From Patescibacteria group bacterium (GTDB taxonomy: Bacteria > Patescibacteriota > Microgenomatia > UBA1400 > UBA1449): a stretch of 64,000 nucleotides of DNA. Shown one piece after another: positions 52,690 to 62,425 of the stretch. The notes beneath the pieces were generated by a model. The model saw only the letters and a program-made list of their open reading frames with translations, had not been told where the DNA came from and made no database searches. Location of the stretch: the NCBI GenBank assembly GCA_050942955.1, contig JBMNOG010000006.1, positions 932 through 64,931 on the forward strand, read 5' to 3'. The stretch's first letter is position 1. The number at the start of each line of letters is the position of its first letter. The position numbers and the translations under genes were made by a program.

Positions 52690-53784
52690 TCATCTAATAA
52701 CTCCACCCCCCAATACTACATACAAAGGAATTTCTGCTTGCTCTTTACTTTTTTTATAGAGAACACACGATTGTCCTGGAGAAATGCCAAACTCAGGTTT
52801 TTTCAACTGCATACTATATCCTCCTCCAGTAGTTTTCGAAAGTGTTGCCGACAGAAAATCTCCCGTATTTCTGACTTTGACAAAAACCTGGCTATCTTCA
52901 CCGTTTACTTTCTCAATCCAATGCACGTTACTGATCTCAAACTCCGTTTTCATCGCCTCTTCTCTTTCTCCAACCACAACCACATTCTCCTCTTTTTTGA
53001 TGTCAGTGACATACAGCTTGGGCAATTCATCATTCTTAAATCGGCCTGTAGGAAGTCTTCCCTTTCTTCTCCAACCTCCACGAAAACCTATAGTGAAAAG
53101 CCAATAACCGCCATGCTCTCCTACAACTGTTCCGTCAGAGAGTTGGACTTCACCTTTTTTAATGCCATACTTTTGCCGCAACATCTCCCGGACATTTACA
53201 TCCCCCACAAAGCAAATCCCCATTGAATCATCTTTATCCGCCACCACCAGTTTATGTTTGCGGGCAAGCTCTCTAACTTCTGTCTTCAAGTAGTTTCCTA
53301 AAGGGAAAAGAATATGCAAAAGCTGGTCTTTTCTGAGCCTATATAAAAAGTAGGTTTGGTCCTTAGTTCTGTCTTTTGGTGTTACTAAATGCTCATCAAA
53401 AATCTTTGCATAATGGCCTGAAGCTATAAGCTTGTAACCTTCCTTAAGTGCCCAGTTGTAAAACAAACCAAATTTAATAATTGAGTTACATAAAACATCA
53501 GGGTTAGGAGTTCTTCCTTCTTTGTATTCGCGGTAAAAATAGTCCATCACTTGCTCCTTGTACTCTTTGCGAAAATCAAGAACCTGAAAAGGAAGGTTGA
53601 GCTGCAGAGCCACTTTCATTGCGTCCGCTCTATCCAGATCTGCCCTACACCCCGGCTGCTTCCAGCAAGTTAGATACACAGCATGAACGTCATACCCCTG
53701 CCCTTTTAAAAGAACTGCCGAAACAGCAGAGTCGACTCCGCCTGATAAACCAAGAATTACTTTTTTATTTGAATTCATAGTCAC
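52690..53784 (-). CDS. mnmA: tRNA 2-thiouridylase MnmA
   Basis: GLSGGVDS, TPNPDVLCN, ASGHYA, KDQTYFL, DSMGICF, SPGQ. Confidence 0.96.
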   Translation of the reverse strand: MTMNSNKKVILGLSGGVDSAVSAVLLKGQGYDVHAVYLTCWKQPGCRADLDRADAMKVALQLNLPFQVLDFRKEYKEQVMDYFYREYKEGRTPNPDVLCNSIIKFGLFYNWALKEGYKLIASGHYAKIFDEHLVTPKDRTKDQTYFLYRLRKDQLLHILFPLGNYLKTEVRELARKHKLVVADKDDSMGICFVGDVNVREMLRQKYGIKKGEVQLSDGTVVGEHGGYWLFTIGFRGGWRRKGRLPTGRFKNDELPKLYVTDIKKEENVVVVGEREEAMKTEFEISNVHWIEKVNGEDSQVFVKVRNTGDFLSATLSKTTGGGYSMQLKKPEFGISPGQSCVLYKKSKEQAEIPLYVVLGGGVIR

Positions 53785-54108
53785 GTTTCTTTCTACGTTA
53801 ATTATACCTCTATAAAAGATTAAAACTGAATCGTGGTAAATAGGTATATTTTTAGTCTAACCTATTATCCCTACTTATATATTATAGGAAATACTTTTTC
53901 TTACTATAGGGTATATGTACATCTTATTACTGATATTGCTGTATTTTTTACTTTGAGGAATCTATGTGGAAAACTTTGAGAAAAACTTCTGACAGATGTC
54001 TTATAAGAGCTATTTTTGCAATATCTACCATCAATCCCTATCATCATATTCATCAATTCCTTAGTTTCTGGTATAGTTGAAGTAGTTATCTAACAGCTTC
54101 ACTGCCCT

Positions 54109-55164
54109 ATGAACTACGACGATATTGTCCACATCCTTGGCGACCGAGCTGAGTATCTTCTTAACCACCAGTGTCAGAAAATCAGCAAAGAGTCTCTTCA
54201 CCTTCCTGGAGGGGATTTTGTTGACAGAGTATTCTCTCATTCTGACCGCAATCACAGAGTGCTGCGCAATCTTCAGTGGCTTTTTAGCAGCGGCCGCCTG
54301 GATGGTACCGGTTATCTCTCTATCCTGCCAGTAGATCAGGATATTGAACATACTGCCGGTTTTTCATTTGCACCTAACCCCATCTACCTTGATCCGGAAA
54401 ATATTGTAAAACTTGCCTGGGAAGCAGGCTGCAGTGCGGTTGCTTCAACCTTGGGAATTCTGGGAATTGTTTCCCAAAAGTATGCCCACAAAATTCCTTT
54501 TATTGTTAAAATTAACCATAATGAACTGGTAACATACCCCAACAAGCATGACCAGATCTTATTTGCTAGCGTCAAGCAAGCCTGGAACATGGGGGCGGTT
54601 GGTGTTGGTGCTACGATTTATTTTGGCTCAAAAGAATCTAACCGGCAGCTAGTTGAAGTCAGCCAAGCTTTTCAGGAAGCACATCAACTAGGGATGTTTA
54701 CCGTCCTCTGGTGCTATGTGTGCAATAGTGCTTTTGAAAAAGGCAACACTAACTATGAAGAAGCTGCTGATATCACCTCCCAAGCCAACCACTTAGGTGC
54801 CACCATTGAGGCTGATATTGTGAAGCAAAAACTTCCGACTTCAAACAAGGGCTTTGAAGTTATTAAGTTCGGCAAGTATTCACAAGAAATGTACGACAAA
54901 CTCGTTACCGATCACCCTATCGACTTGGTTAGATACCAAGTTGCTAACGGCTACATGGGTAGAATCGGGCTTATTAGTTCTGGTGGAGCTTCCGGAGATA
55001 ATGATTTTTACGAATCAATTAAAACAGCTGTTATTAATAAACGCGGTGGTGGCATGGGGCTTATTTTAGGTAGAAAAGCTTTTCAAAAACCTATGAATGA
55101 AGGGGTTCAGCTGCTTAACGCTGTTCAGGATGTATACAGGGAACCAAGGATTACTATTGCTTAG
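54109..55164 (+). CDS. fbaB: Class I fructose-bisphosphate aldolase
   Basis: ILPVDQ.IEH.AG.SFAPNP, Schiff-base Lys in [28 protein letters not shown]. Confidence 0.95.
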   Translation: MNYDDIVHILGDRAEYLLNHQCQKISKESLHLPGGDFVDRVFSHSDRNHRVLRNLQWLFSSGRLDGTGYLSILPVDQDIEHTAGFSFAPNPIYLDPENIVKLAWEAGCSAVASTLGILGIVSQKYAHKIPFIVKINHNELVTYPNKHDQILFASVKQAWNMGAVGVGATIYFGSKESNRQLVEVSQAFQEAHQLGMFTVLWCYVCNSAFEKGNTNYEEAADITSQANHLGATIEADIVKQKLPTSNKGFEVIKFGKYSQEMYDKLVTDHPIDLVRYQVANGYMGRIGLISSGGASGDNDFYESIKTAVINKRGGGMGLILGRKAFQKPMNEGVQLLNAVQDVYREPRITIA

Positions 55165-56033
55165 GGTTTAAGCAGACAGTGTTTTGACGAGTATGCAACT
55201 ACTGCCTCTGCTGTTCCTGGCTTAAACTCCGGAGCTGAGTTTACTTCCAGAATGTATGGTTTATTGTTATCCTTATTAATAACAATATCTACTCCTCCAA
55301 GTGAATATCCCACAGCATTCTTTGCCTTTATTGCAAGTTGCAAAATTTCACTATCAACCCCACTTACTTTTAGCATCTCACGCCTTGCCCCCAGTGAAGT
55401 GTTATTTCGCCACTCCCGTTTCTGAATCCTGGTTCTTTTGATAACAGCTCCTATTATTTCTCCAACAACTGTAATTCTTAAATCATAATCATTTGGAACA
55501 AAACCTTGAAACAGGAATTCGATACTTCCATCGTGTTTAGTGATAAATCCCCCCAGTTCTTTCTCATCTTTAAAGAGAAAACAATCTGCTCCGTGGTCAC
55601 CAAAAATATGTTTAGCCACAACAGGAAAGCCTAGTTCTTTTTTAAGGAGAGAAACTGCTTGACTGCTCTTTGCGGCATTAAGTGGGAAAAGAATGCTTTT
55701 AGCAAAAGCTAGACCTTCCCGGGCAAAACAACAGTATTGGAATAGTTTATTGGTAGTGTTTCCAGTTTTAATCGTTTGCAGTAAGGGTAAGTCAGGATAA
55801 AGCCCTAGAACTGCCTGGTAAAGGGGGATGTTACTCCTCAATCCTCGAAAATATACTAGGTCAAAGCTCTTAACATTTAGTGCATTAAACAAAACAAATG
55901 ACTTCGTCTTACTAAGAATGAAACAAACATCTCTGAAACTAGCAAAGGATACCGACTTTCCTAAAGTACTTTGGAAGTACCCGGATACTTTTTCATCAAT
56001 TTCTTTAGGGAAAACAACTAATAGTTTTCTCAT
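55161..56033 (-). CDS. RimK-like ATP-grasp ligase
   Basis: [48 protein letters not shown]. Confidence 0.88.
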   Translation of the reverse strand: MRKLLVVFPKEIDEKVSGYFQSTLGKSVSFASFRDVCFILSKTKSFVLFNALNVKSFDLVYFRGLRSNIPLYQAVLGLYPDLPLLQTIKTGNTTNKLFQYCCFAREGLAFAKSILFPLNAAKSSQAVSLLKKELGFPVVAKHIFGDHGADCFLFKDEKELGGFITKHDGSIEFLFQGFVPNDYDLRITVVGEIIGAVIKRTRIQKREWRNNTSLGARREMLKVSGVDSEILQLAIKAKNAVGYSLGGVDIVINKDNNKPYILEVNSAPEFKPGTAEAVVAYSSKHCLLKP

Positions 56034-56947
56034 AATTGCAGTTTTCTGAAGTTAAATAACAGTAGTGTCACAGCGTTTGTATGTTCAGCAAATTCAAATG
56101 AGTTATTTTCCTCTCTGAGGATATATCCTTTACTAAGACTGAAGTTATCTTCCACTCGCTTATTTACAGATTCAATATAGGCTCGGTTTTCCATCCCTAA
56201 CATCTTCATACACAATGCAACTTCTACATTTATATCCAACGACAACCTTGTAAAGATATCATCAGTCAATCTGTTAAAAGCTTCTCCTACCCACCTATAC
56301 TTAGCTCTTTGTACTTGTTGCTGGTAAAAGTTTGAGTCTCCGATAATTATATGAGTAAGTCCATAAACATAGTTATTAAAGATTTCATCATCTGCCAATA
56401 ACTTATTATTAAAGATCTCGGTAAAAAGGTTAAGGTAATCGTCAATAATATCAGCTATATTAAACTGCTTACTAAGATACGCTGTATTGGTAGCCGAAAC
56501 GGTAGCATAAAGCACGAACCTACTATCTGTCAGCACTTTTTCCGGATAAGCACTGAATAACTCCTGGCGCATTTGCTTCTTTAGCACCCCAAAAACATTC
56601 ATATAGTACATATACCAGATAAGACAGTGATAAGAGTAAAGATCTATTCTTCTTAACCATTGTTGTCTTTTTTGTGTATCATTTATTTTTCTGGACTTAT
56701 ATCTTTCAACTTCTCCTTGTTTCTTCTGAAAATAGTTTTTAGGATCTTCAAGGAATGAATTTATTTCTTTAATCCCCTTTTCTTTAGTATAGTCATACGC
56801 CAATTCAAAAAGCTGCTTTTTAAGATCTTCTTTTCCTGTAGCCAGCCATGCCCTATATAAAAAATGCCTCCCCTTGTCTTTGGGGAGTTCATTAATTTTA
56901 GTAGTGTATGTTTTAATAATTGATTCACTGATATATCTGATATCCAT
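56030..56947 (-). CDS. Hypothetical protein resembling DUF3541
   Basis: RHFLYR..L N-terminus, YGLTHIIIGDSNFYQ, D..VEVALC and AEHTN motifs; family recalled from memory. Confidence 0.55.
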   Translation of the reverse strand: MDIRYISESIIKTYTTKINELPKDKGRHFLYRAWLATGKEDLKKQLFELAYDYTKEKGIKEINSFLEDPKNYFQKKQGEVERYKSRKINDTQKRQQWLRRIDLYSYHCLIWYMYYMNVFGVLKKQMRQELFSAYPEKVLTDSRFVLYATVSATNTAYLSKQFNIADIIDDYLNLFTEIFNNKLLADDEIFNNYVYGLTHIIIGDSNFYQQQVQRAKYRWVGEAFNRLTDDIFTRLSLDINVEVALCMKMLGMENRAYIESVNKRVEDNFSLSKGYILREENNSFEFAEHTNAVTLLLFNFRKLQL

Positions 56948-56970
56948 ACATATACCCGTATTTCATTTCT

Positions 56971-58275
56971 TTACAGTTCATATTCCTCAACCTCTCCCGG
57001 GTCAATAACAAAGCCTTTAAGATATCTTCTCCCCACCAAAATTTTAGCTTTTAAGTGAGCTCGGTTAGCAACGTGAGCAAGCGCACGAATTTTCCTTCCC
57101 CTGAGCCAAAACTCAACCTCAATAACCGGCCTTTTTTCTTTTCCTAAAGATGATTCCACCTGCGTTTCATATAGTATATTTGACTTATTAAGTAACCCTA
57201 GCTCTGTAGCTAGTTTTTTATCTATACTAACGTTAAAAGCTCCTGTGTCCATTTTGGCCACCAGATCCATCTTCTTCCCTCCATCATATTCAAGTTGAAT
57301 ATTTTCGAATATTCCCAGAATTGGCCTTCCCTTCTCAATTTTTACTTTATCGGAAAATTGTTCAGCAAACAGAATTTCAGCAACCTCGATTCCTTTATAC
57401 GGCTGGGTTATGTCAAGATCATCTACTCTTCGCAGACGGCGCAACAATCCCTTTTGGTTAGCCAGTTGTATCTGAAGTCCAGGTTGATCGTTAAGCTCCA
57501 GAACCAAAGGACCTTTCTCTTCATCCAGGACAATATCTACACCCAAGTAACCGAGTCCAGATACTCGCTGAGTATCCACCGCTACTTTAAGAAGCTCTCT
57601 CCAGAACGGAATTCTCAAACCATTAACCTTCTTATTTGTTCCGGGAATATGAGTAATAACCTGATCGTAGTGCACACCATGAGTTGTAATTCCCGTTGCC
57701 ATATCAACCCCTAATCCAACCGCTCCCTGATGTAGGTTGGCTTTACCATCGCTCTCTTTGGTTGGTAGGCGCAGCATAGCCATAACAGGAATCTTATTAA
57801 AGACGATAACTCGAATATCGGGGGTTCCCCCTTTCGCATATCGGGAAAATTTGGGGTGAATTTTTACTCTTTCCTCGATAAAAGCCTTGTCAGGAGCTCT
57901 ATTTCTAGAGTATCTTCCTTCGATGATATCAGCAGCATGGAGTTTCAGATCATTAACCCTCACTTTTTGGCCATTCATAAGCACCCATTCTCCTGCATAT
58001 TCCAAAGGCTTCTTTACTACTAAAATCCCTTCTCCCCCATATCCTTCGCTGGGTTTTATAACAAAACCATTCCGCAAACTCAACCAATCAAATTCCTGAA
58101 TATCAGTGCTTGAGTTTAAAATCGTAATCAGTTTTGGATGAGGGATTTTATTTTTGCGAAGGACTTTTTTGGTCAATAGCTTTGAATCTGCTACTTTTCG
58201 ACCAAATTTTTTATTCAATCTTAGATAGCGTCGATTACGGGCATTCATACCAAGTATGTCGCTGAGCTTTGCCAT
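56971..58275 (-). CDS. ATPgrasp_ST / alpha-L-glutamate-ligase-like protein fused to a C-terminal retropepsin-like (RimB-type) protease
   Basis: ILGMNARN, FVIKP..GYGG.GI, PDIRVIV, AMLRLPT.ESDGKANLHQG, LELNDQPGL.IQ; C-terminal AKMDTGA...LVGRRYL. Confidence 0.88.
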   Translation of the reverse strand: MAKLSDILGMNARNRRYLRLNKKFGRKVADSKLLTKKVLRKNKIPHPKLITILNSSTDIQEFDWLSLRNGFVIKPSEGYGGEGILVVKKPLEYAGEWVLMNGQKVRVNDLKLHAADIIEGRYSRNRAPDKAFIEERVKIHPKFSRYAKGGTPDIRVIVFNKIPVMAMLRLPTKESDGKANLHQGAVGLGVDMATGITTHGVHYDQVITHIPGTNKKVNGLRIPFWRELLKVAVDTQRVSGLGYLGVDIVLDEEKGPLVLELNDQPGLQIQLANQKGLLRRLRRVDDLDITQPYKGIEVAEILFAEQFSDKVKIEKGRPILGIFENIQLEYDGGKKMDLVAKMDTGAFNVSIDKKLATELGLLNKSNILYETQVESSLGKEKRPVIEVEFWLRGRKIRALAHVANRAHLKAKILVGRRYLKGFVIDPGEVEEYEL

Positions 58276-58337
58276 AGTGTAAATAAGTCAGTATTTGTAA
58301 AGATTAGAGAAACAAATCGAGGTAAAGTCTATCTAAA

Positions 58338-59294
58338 CTATGATTGGACTAATTTTCTAAAGCGCCAGATCTCCAAGAGACGCAAGCCTGAGTACTGCTC
58401 TACCAGAGCTATGACAGTTACTAAGCTTATAACAAATAGTTCTGGATTAACCAAAGCAAACTTTTGTAGAATTTCCCAGTTCATAAGATAGAAACACATA
58501 ACAGCAACTATTAAAGTCTCTACTGTAATTATTAGTGCTTGGGAAAAACTGCGAGTGATCTGTAAGTCAAGAAAGTCTTCAACTAGTAAAATAAGAATTA
58601 AAATCGGGAAAATACCAATAGTAATTAATGCTTCAGCCCTTAACGCTGGAGATATTAGTAAAATACCAAGTACGGTTAATGATACAAACAGAATGAATAA
58701 AGCCATTCTCGGCAAGTACTGAATACGGGCTCGTTTAAGAAGCATTCTAAGCAGTGTAGCCACAAAAAGAATCGCAATAAAAAGAAAAATACCAACCGTT
58801 AACCCTGTAGCCAAAAACGCTACTGCCAAAAGTGCCGGAGTAAAGATACCAAAACTCTTTAATCCAACCACATGCCGAGCAATAACAACAACTGTAGCCA
58901 CTAATGGAAAAAGTAGTATTAGTACTATAGTATTAGCAGGCACTCCCTGTGCTATGGCTGATCTGATAGCATGGCGCCCAACATTAAGCGGATTCAGTTC
59001 CCCTACTGGATTTTCTTCAAGATATTTCTCTAATTTTCCTTTTACTTCAGGTTTTGGCTCAGTAAGGTCTGGTTCTTTTTCAACCACTTTTTTGACAATT
59101 GAAGAAGCAGAGGCCTCTTTTTTCTCTCCAGACAGTGATGCCTCTGCCGAGACACTCGCATCGAGAGAAATCTCAGGAGTAGGACTTGGTGAAGTTCGCG
59201 TCTGGGCTACAACAGGATCTGCAAAAAGGGAGAAACCTAGAAAGAGACAAGATAGAAAAAAAATACTATTCGTTATAAAAGCTAGCTTATTCAT
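58338..59294 (-). CDS. 7TM_transglut-like membrane protein
   Basis: LLFPLVAT...ARHVVGLKSFGIFTP, LPRM, IFPILIL; signal peptide and low-complexity N-terminus. Confidence 0.85.
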   Translation of the reverse strand: MNKLAFITNSIFFLSCLFLGFSLFADPVVAQTRTSPSPTPEISLDASVSAEASLSGEKKEASASSIVKKVVEKEPDLTEPKPEVKGKLEKYLEENPVGELNPLNVGRHAIRSAIAQGVPANTIVLILLFPLVATVVVIARHVVGLKSFGIFTPALLAVAFLATGLTVGIFLFIAILFVATLLRMLLKRARIQYLPRMALFILFVSLTVLGILLISPALRAEALITIGIFPILILILLVEDFLDLQITRSFSQALIITVETLIVAVMCFYLMNWEILQKFALVNPELFVISLVTVIALVEQYSGLRLLEIWRFRKLVQS

Positions 59295-61008
59295 ATGGTA
59301 ATTATTATACCATCGCAGACAAATGCATGTTTCCCTCTAAGAAAATAAGGAAAGCATAAAGTTCACAATTACAGAAAGTACACCATCTATAAAACAAGAA
59401 ATGTGTTTTTATAGCATAGTTAAATGTTCAAAAGTAAAATACATGGCTCAAAAAGCATGAGAAAACAAGTAATGGGGAAAATACATATGGAAAATCTCAG
59501 TTACAGAACTAACTTCTGTTCTGTTTAAAGCAAATATATTGATTTAACAGTTAATTAAATAATGTATAAACAATTATTGTTTTATAAATCAATAAAATTT
59601 AATTTCTAAAATTTTGAAATCTTCATTTAAGCTTAATATTTTGAGTCACCATCAAATAAAAAATATTTAATTAAACGTGCCAAAATCTCGAAAACTGGTG
59701 TAACAAGAAAAATGGCCCAAAAAAACCATTAAAAATAAATAAATAAAGCAATGTAATAGAAAATGTAATACCTTCACCAGCAGCAATTTGTATTTAATAT
59801 AAGCACCACCACTTCAAAGCATAAGTAAATAGCTAAGAGGTATAATTTAGTATCAAGCAAAAACGGTAAAAAGGTATTGTCACTAGCAACTAAATGAAAA
59901 AATACATTTGTCAGCACACATTTGTAAGTTTTCCACATATAGCCACTGTTTGCTAGACTACTAGTACTATGTGTCTATGTTTGCTAGCTATTCGTTATAC
60001 TGTTTGATAGCACAAAATAAAAACATAAATAATTTTCACTACTTAAAAAATATACATTGACATTTTTCATCACAGAGTGCTTAAACACACACCATCACTA
60101 TAACATATTTAGTGGTGTCAATAATTACTAGATACAAATAATAACATCACTACTAATATAGTGATACTTTTTGCTGACATAAATTTGGAAGATTAAAATA
60201 ATATGTAATTATTTCGGTTATGCTTTTGTATTGCGACTCCAGCTCTGTTCGCTGTAACTTATGTCACCTGCCTTATGTTTTAATTGTAGTTGGATAAGAA
60301 AACAGTTAAGTATATTTCGGAAAATATTTTACTCATTTGATGGCGTAAACTAAATTTATATGCCATCACAATAATTACTACTTCAGCAAATATTATAGGA
60401 AGATCGAACAAATACCACCACTTTCAGTTTAGCGCAATATCTATCTCTAATTAACATTAAACTTACTTCTAAAAATGGCATCAGCACTGATTTTAACAGA
60501 GGTAGATTAATTCTAAGCCTGTTCTAGCTATTCTTGTAAAACTCACCTAGATTCCAGTCATCAGGGCTATTAGAAAAATACTGGTTTTTTATCAAGTTAA
60601 ACATTTTTTTAGTGTTTTGTAAGTTTTACTGCCACTGTCTGGCACAACAATAAGAGTAAATTCCTACCAAAACAGAATGCGGAAATTTTATTCTTTGTAA
60701 GGTTCTCATTTATATCTGAAAAGGAAAAAGTAATCTTACTCGTCTTTGCAAATTAATATACTCTATGTACTCAATTTATGCTGTAAAATAAGCTTATATT
60801 TAATGATTGAATGTCTAGCACTTACTTCCTGAGATTGACAGATTTAAGACGTGTTGAAGGAAAGTTCTTTGTTTACATATCCTAGTTTATATCCGCAAGC
60901 AGAAAATTTAGAATTACAGAGGAACACATTGTACTAAACACCGTCATTTTACCGATTTTTAAACACTTACACAAATTTACCTCTAGAACTTTGATCTTCC
61001 GATTGTCT

Positions 61009-61045
61009 AATTTAAGTTCCCCAGTTTAATAGGGGAACTTAAATT
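61009..61045. repeat. 14-bp perfect inverted repeat inside the ORF-free region
   Basis: AATTTAAGTTCCCC-AGTTTAATA-GGGGAACTTAAATT. Confidence 0.9.
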
Positions 61046-62425
61046 TAAGTAGAGATTGGTTGATAGGTAATATATATCAAAACAATATCTTCTATATCAA
61101 TTAGAATAAACTCTTTGTTTATGCCTTCTCATCCTTCATTTATACCAAAATCGACAGTTTCTAATAGATATATGTTTTTGTTTTGTTCGTACTATAGATT
61201 AACCGAAGTTTACGTTCTTATTATATAACCTATCTATTTAAGCATGTTCTCCTCTTCCTGAATAAAATAGCACTTTCCTTTAGTTAATGCTAGCTAATTT
61301 TTGAGCCCTTTTTTCTTGAAACAATAGTAATTACACAAACTGTAAATATTTTTTCATTTAAGCCATTCTTAAAAATTCCCAACCACTCTCTTATTGAATG
61401 TTTCACTTTTTTGTTTAAGTATCTTATTATTGGTGCACTGTCCTACTAGCACCTTATGTTTAAGCCATATTGGTAGTTATTATCTTAAAATTGTAAAGCT
61501 TGAATTATCTTAGTAGTTATCGTAATAACTTCGGTTGTACTTCTATTCTCCAAGTTAATGCTTATTCGTCATAGGTCAAGTTATAGGGATTTATTTATTT
61601 TAAAAAACTATACTTTCGTTCTTATTAATATATCTTATTATATCTAATTAAGTCAGTGCATTTAATTTACATAGATAGATGTGATCCTACTCTGTTGCGT
61701 ACAACCGTTTAAATTCTTTTGTTGGAATTCTTATATTTTTTCTTATATAAACTGTCGCATGATACTGTTAGAATTGGTTTGCTTCCCCACCAATCAGCTC
61801 ATCTTCTCTTTATTGATTAGAAGTTTACTTTTTTAACTGAGGTAAATCTTATAAAAGACATTCTAAACATAAACAATAAAGTAAAAGAGGTGAATCAAAG
61901 TAGTTTATTACATAGTATTTCAAAGACGAGACTTGGGGTTTCCAATTTTACTCTTTTTTCTAAAACTATAAGACATAAAACAAATATCATTTCAACACGT
62001 TATCCACAATTTAATACTCATTATTATAAGATAGTAACAATAGATATAAATTATTCCTTTATAATCAATAAAAATATGCTAATAACCATAATTTTATTAC
62101 AACTTAGGAAAAAATGAAATTGTTCACAATTTGTTGCCGTGCCTCTCTTCTCAAACCTAAGCCATCCAGATATTAAATATATGCAACCTTAGGTTTTTAT
62201 ATCTTTTTATATCATTGAATTGTTCCAGCTACTGATCACCTATCAAGATAATCAATTTATCTAGTATAAATTATAGGATTTAATTGACACTAATTTTTCA
62301 GGTCAAAGCTGCTAGTTTTATACATGCTCCCCTTTTTCCTATTTGACAGCGTGTGAAAATCTTTTTTATTATAGTAATAGGAAGAAATAAAAGTTATGCA
62401 AACTTATGCACTAACAGGCTAAAGG

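Noticed and set aside
53040-53065. RLPTGR insertion in MnmA (and PAGFGG in RadA) as in-frame remnants of palindromic repeats
   Set aside because: The DNA is too degenerate to show a palindrome, so it cannot be supported from this window alone.
53861-53892. dif-like sequence (- strand ATTTCCTATAA-TATATA-AGTAGGGATAA) resembling the left arm of Firmicute dif
   Set aside because: The conserved XerD arm (TTATGT..A) is absent, the region is very AT-rich, and it lies next to an rRNA locus. A divergent-promoter element or chance is more likely.
59295-62425. CRISPR array or recoded genes in the ORF desert, including the 75-aa ORF at 61890-62117
   Set aside because: No regularly spaced repeats were seen, stops of several types interrupt the frames I checked, and the short ORF looks like AT-rich noise.
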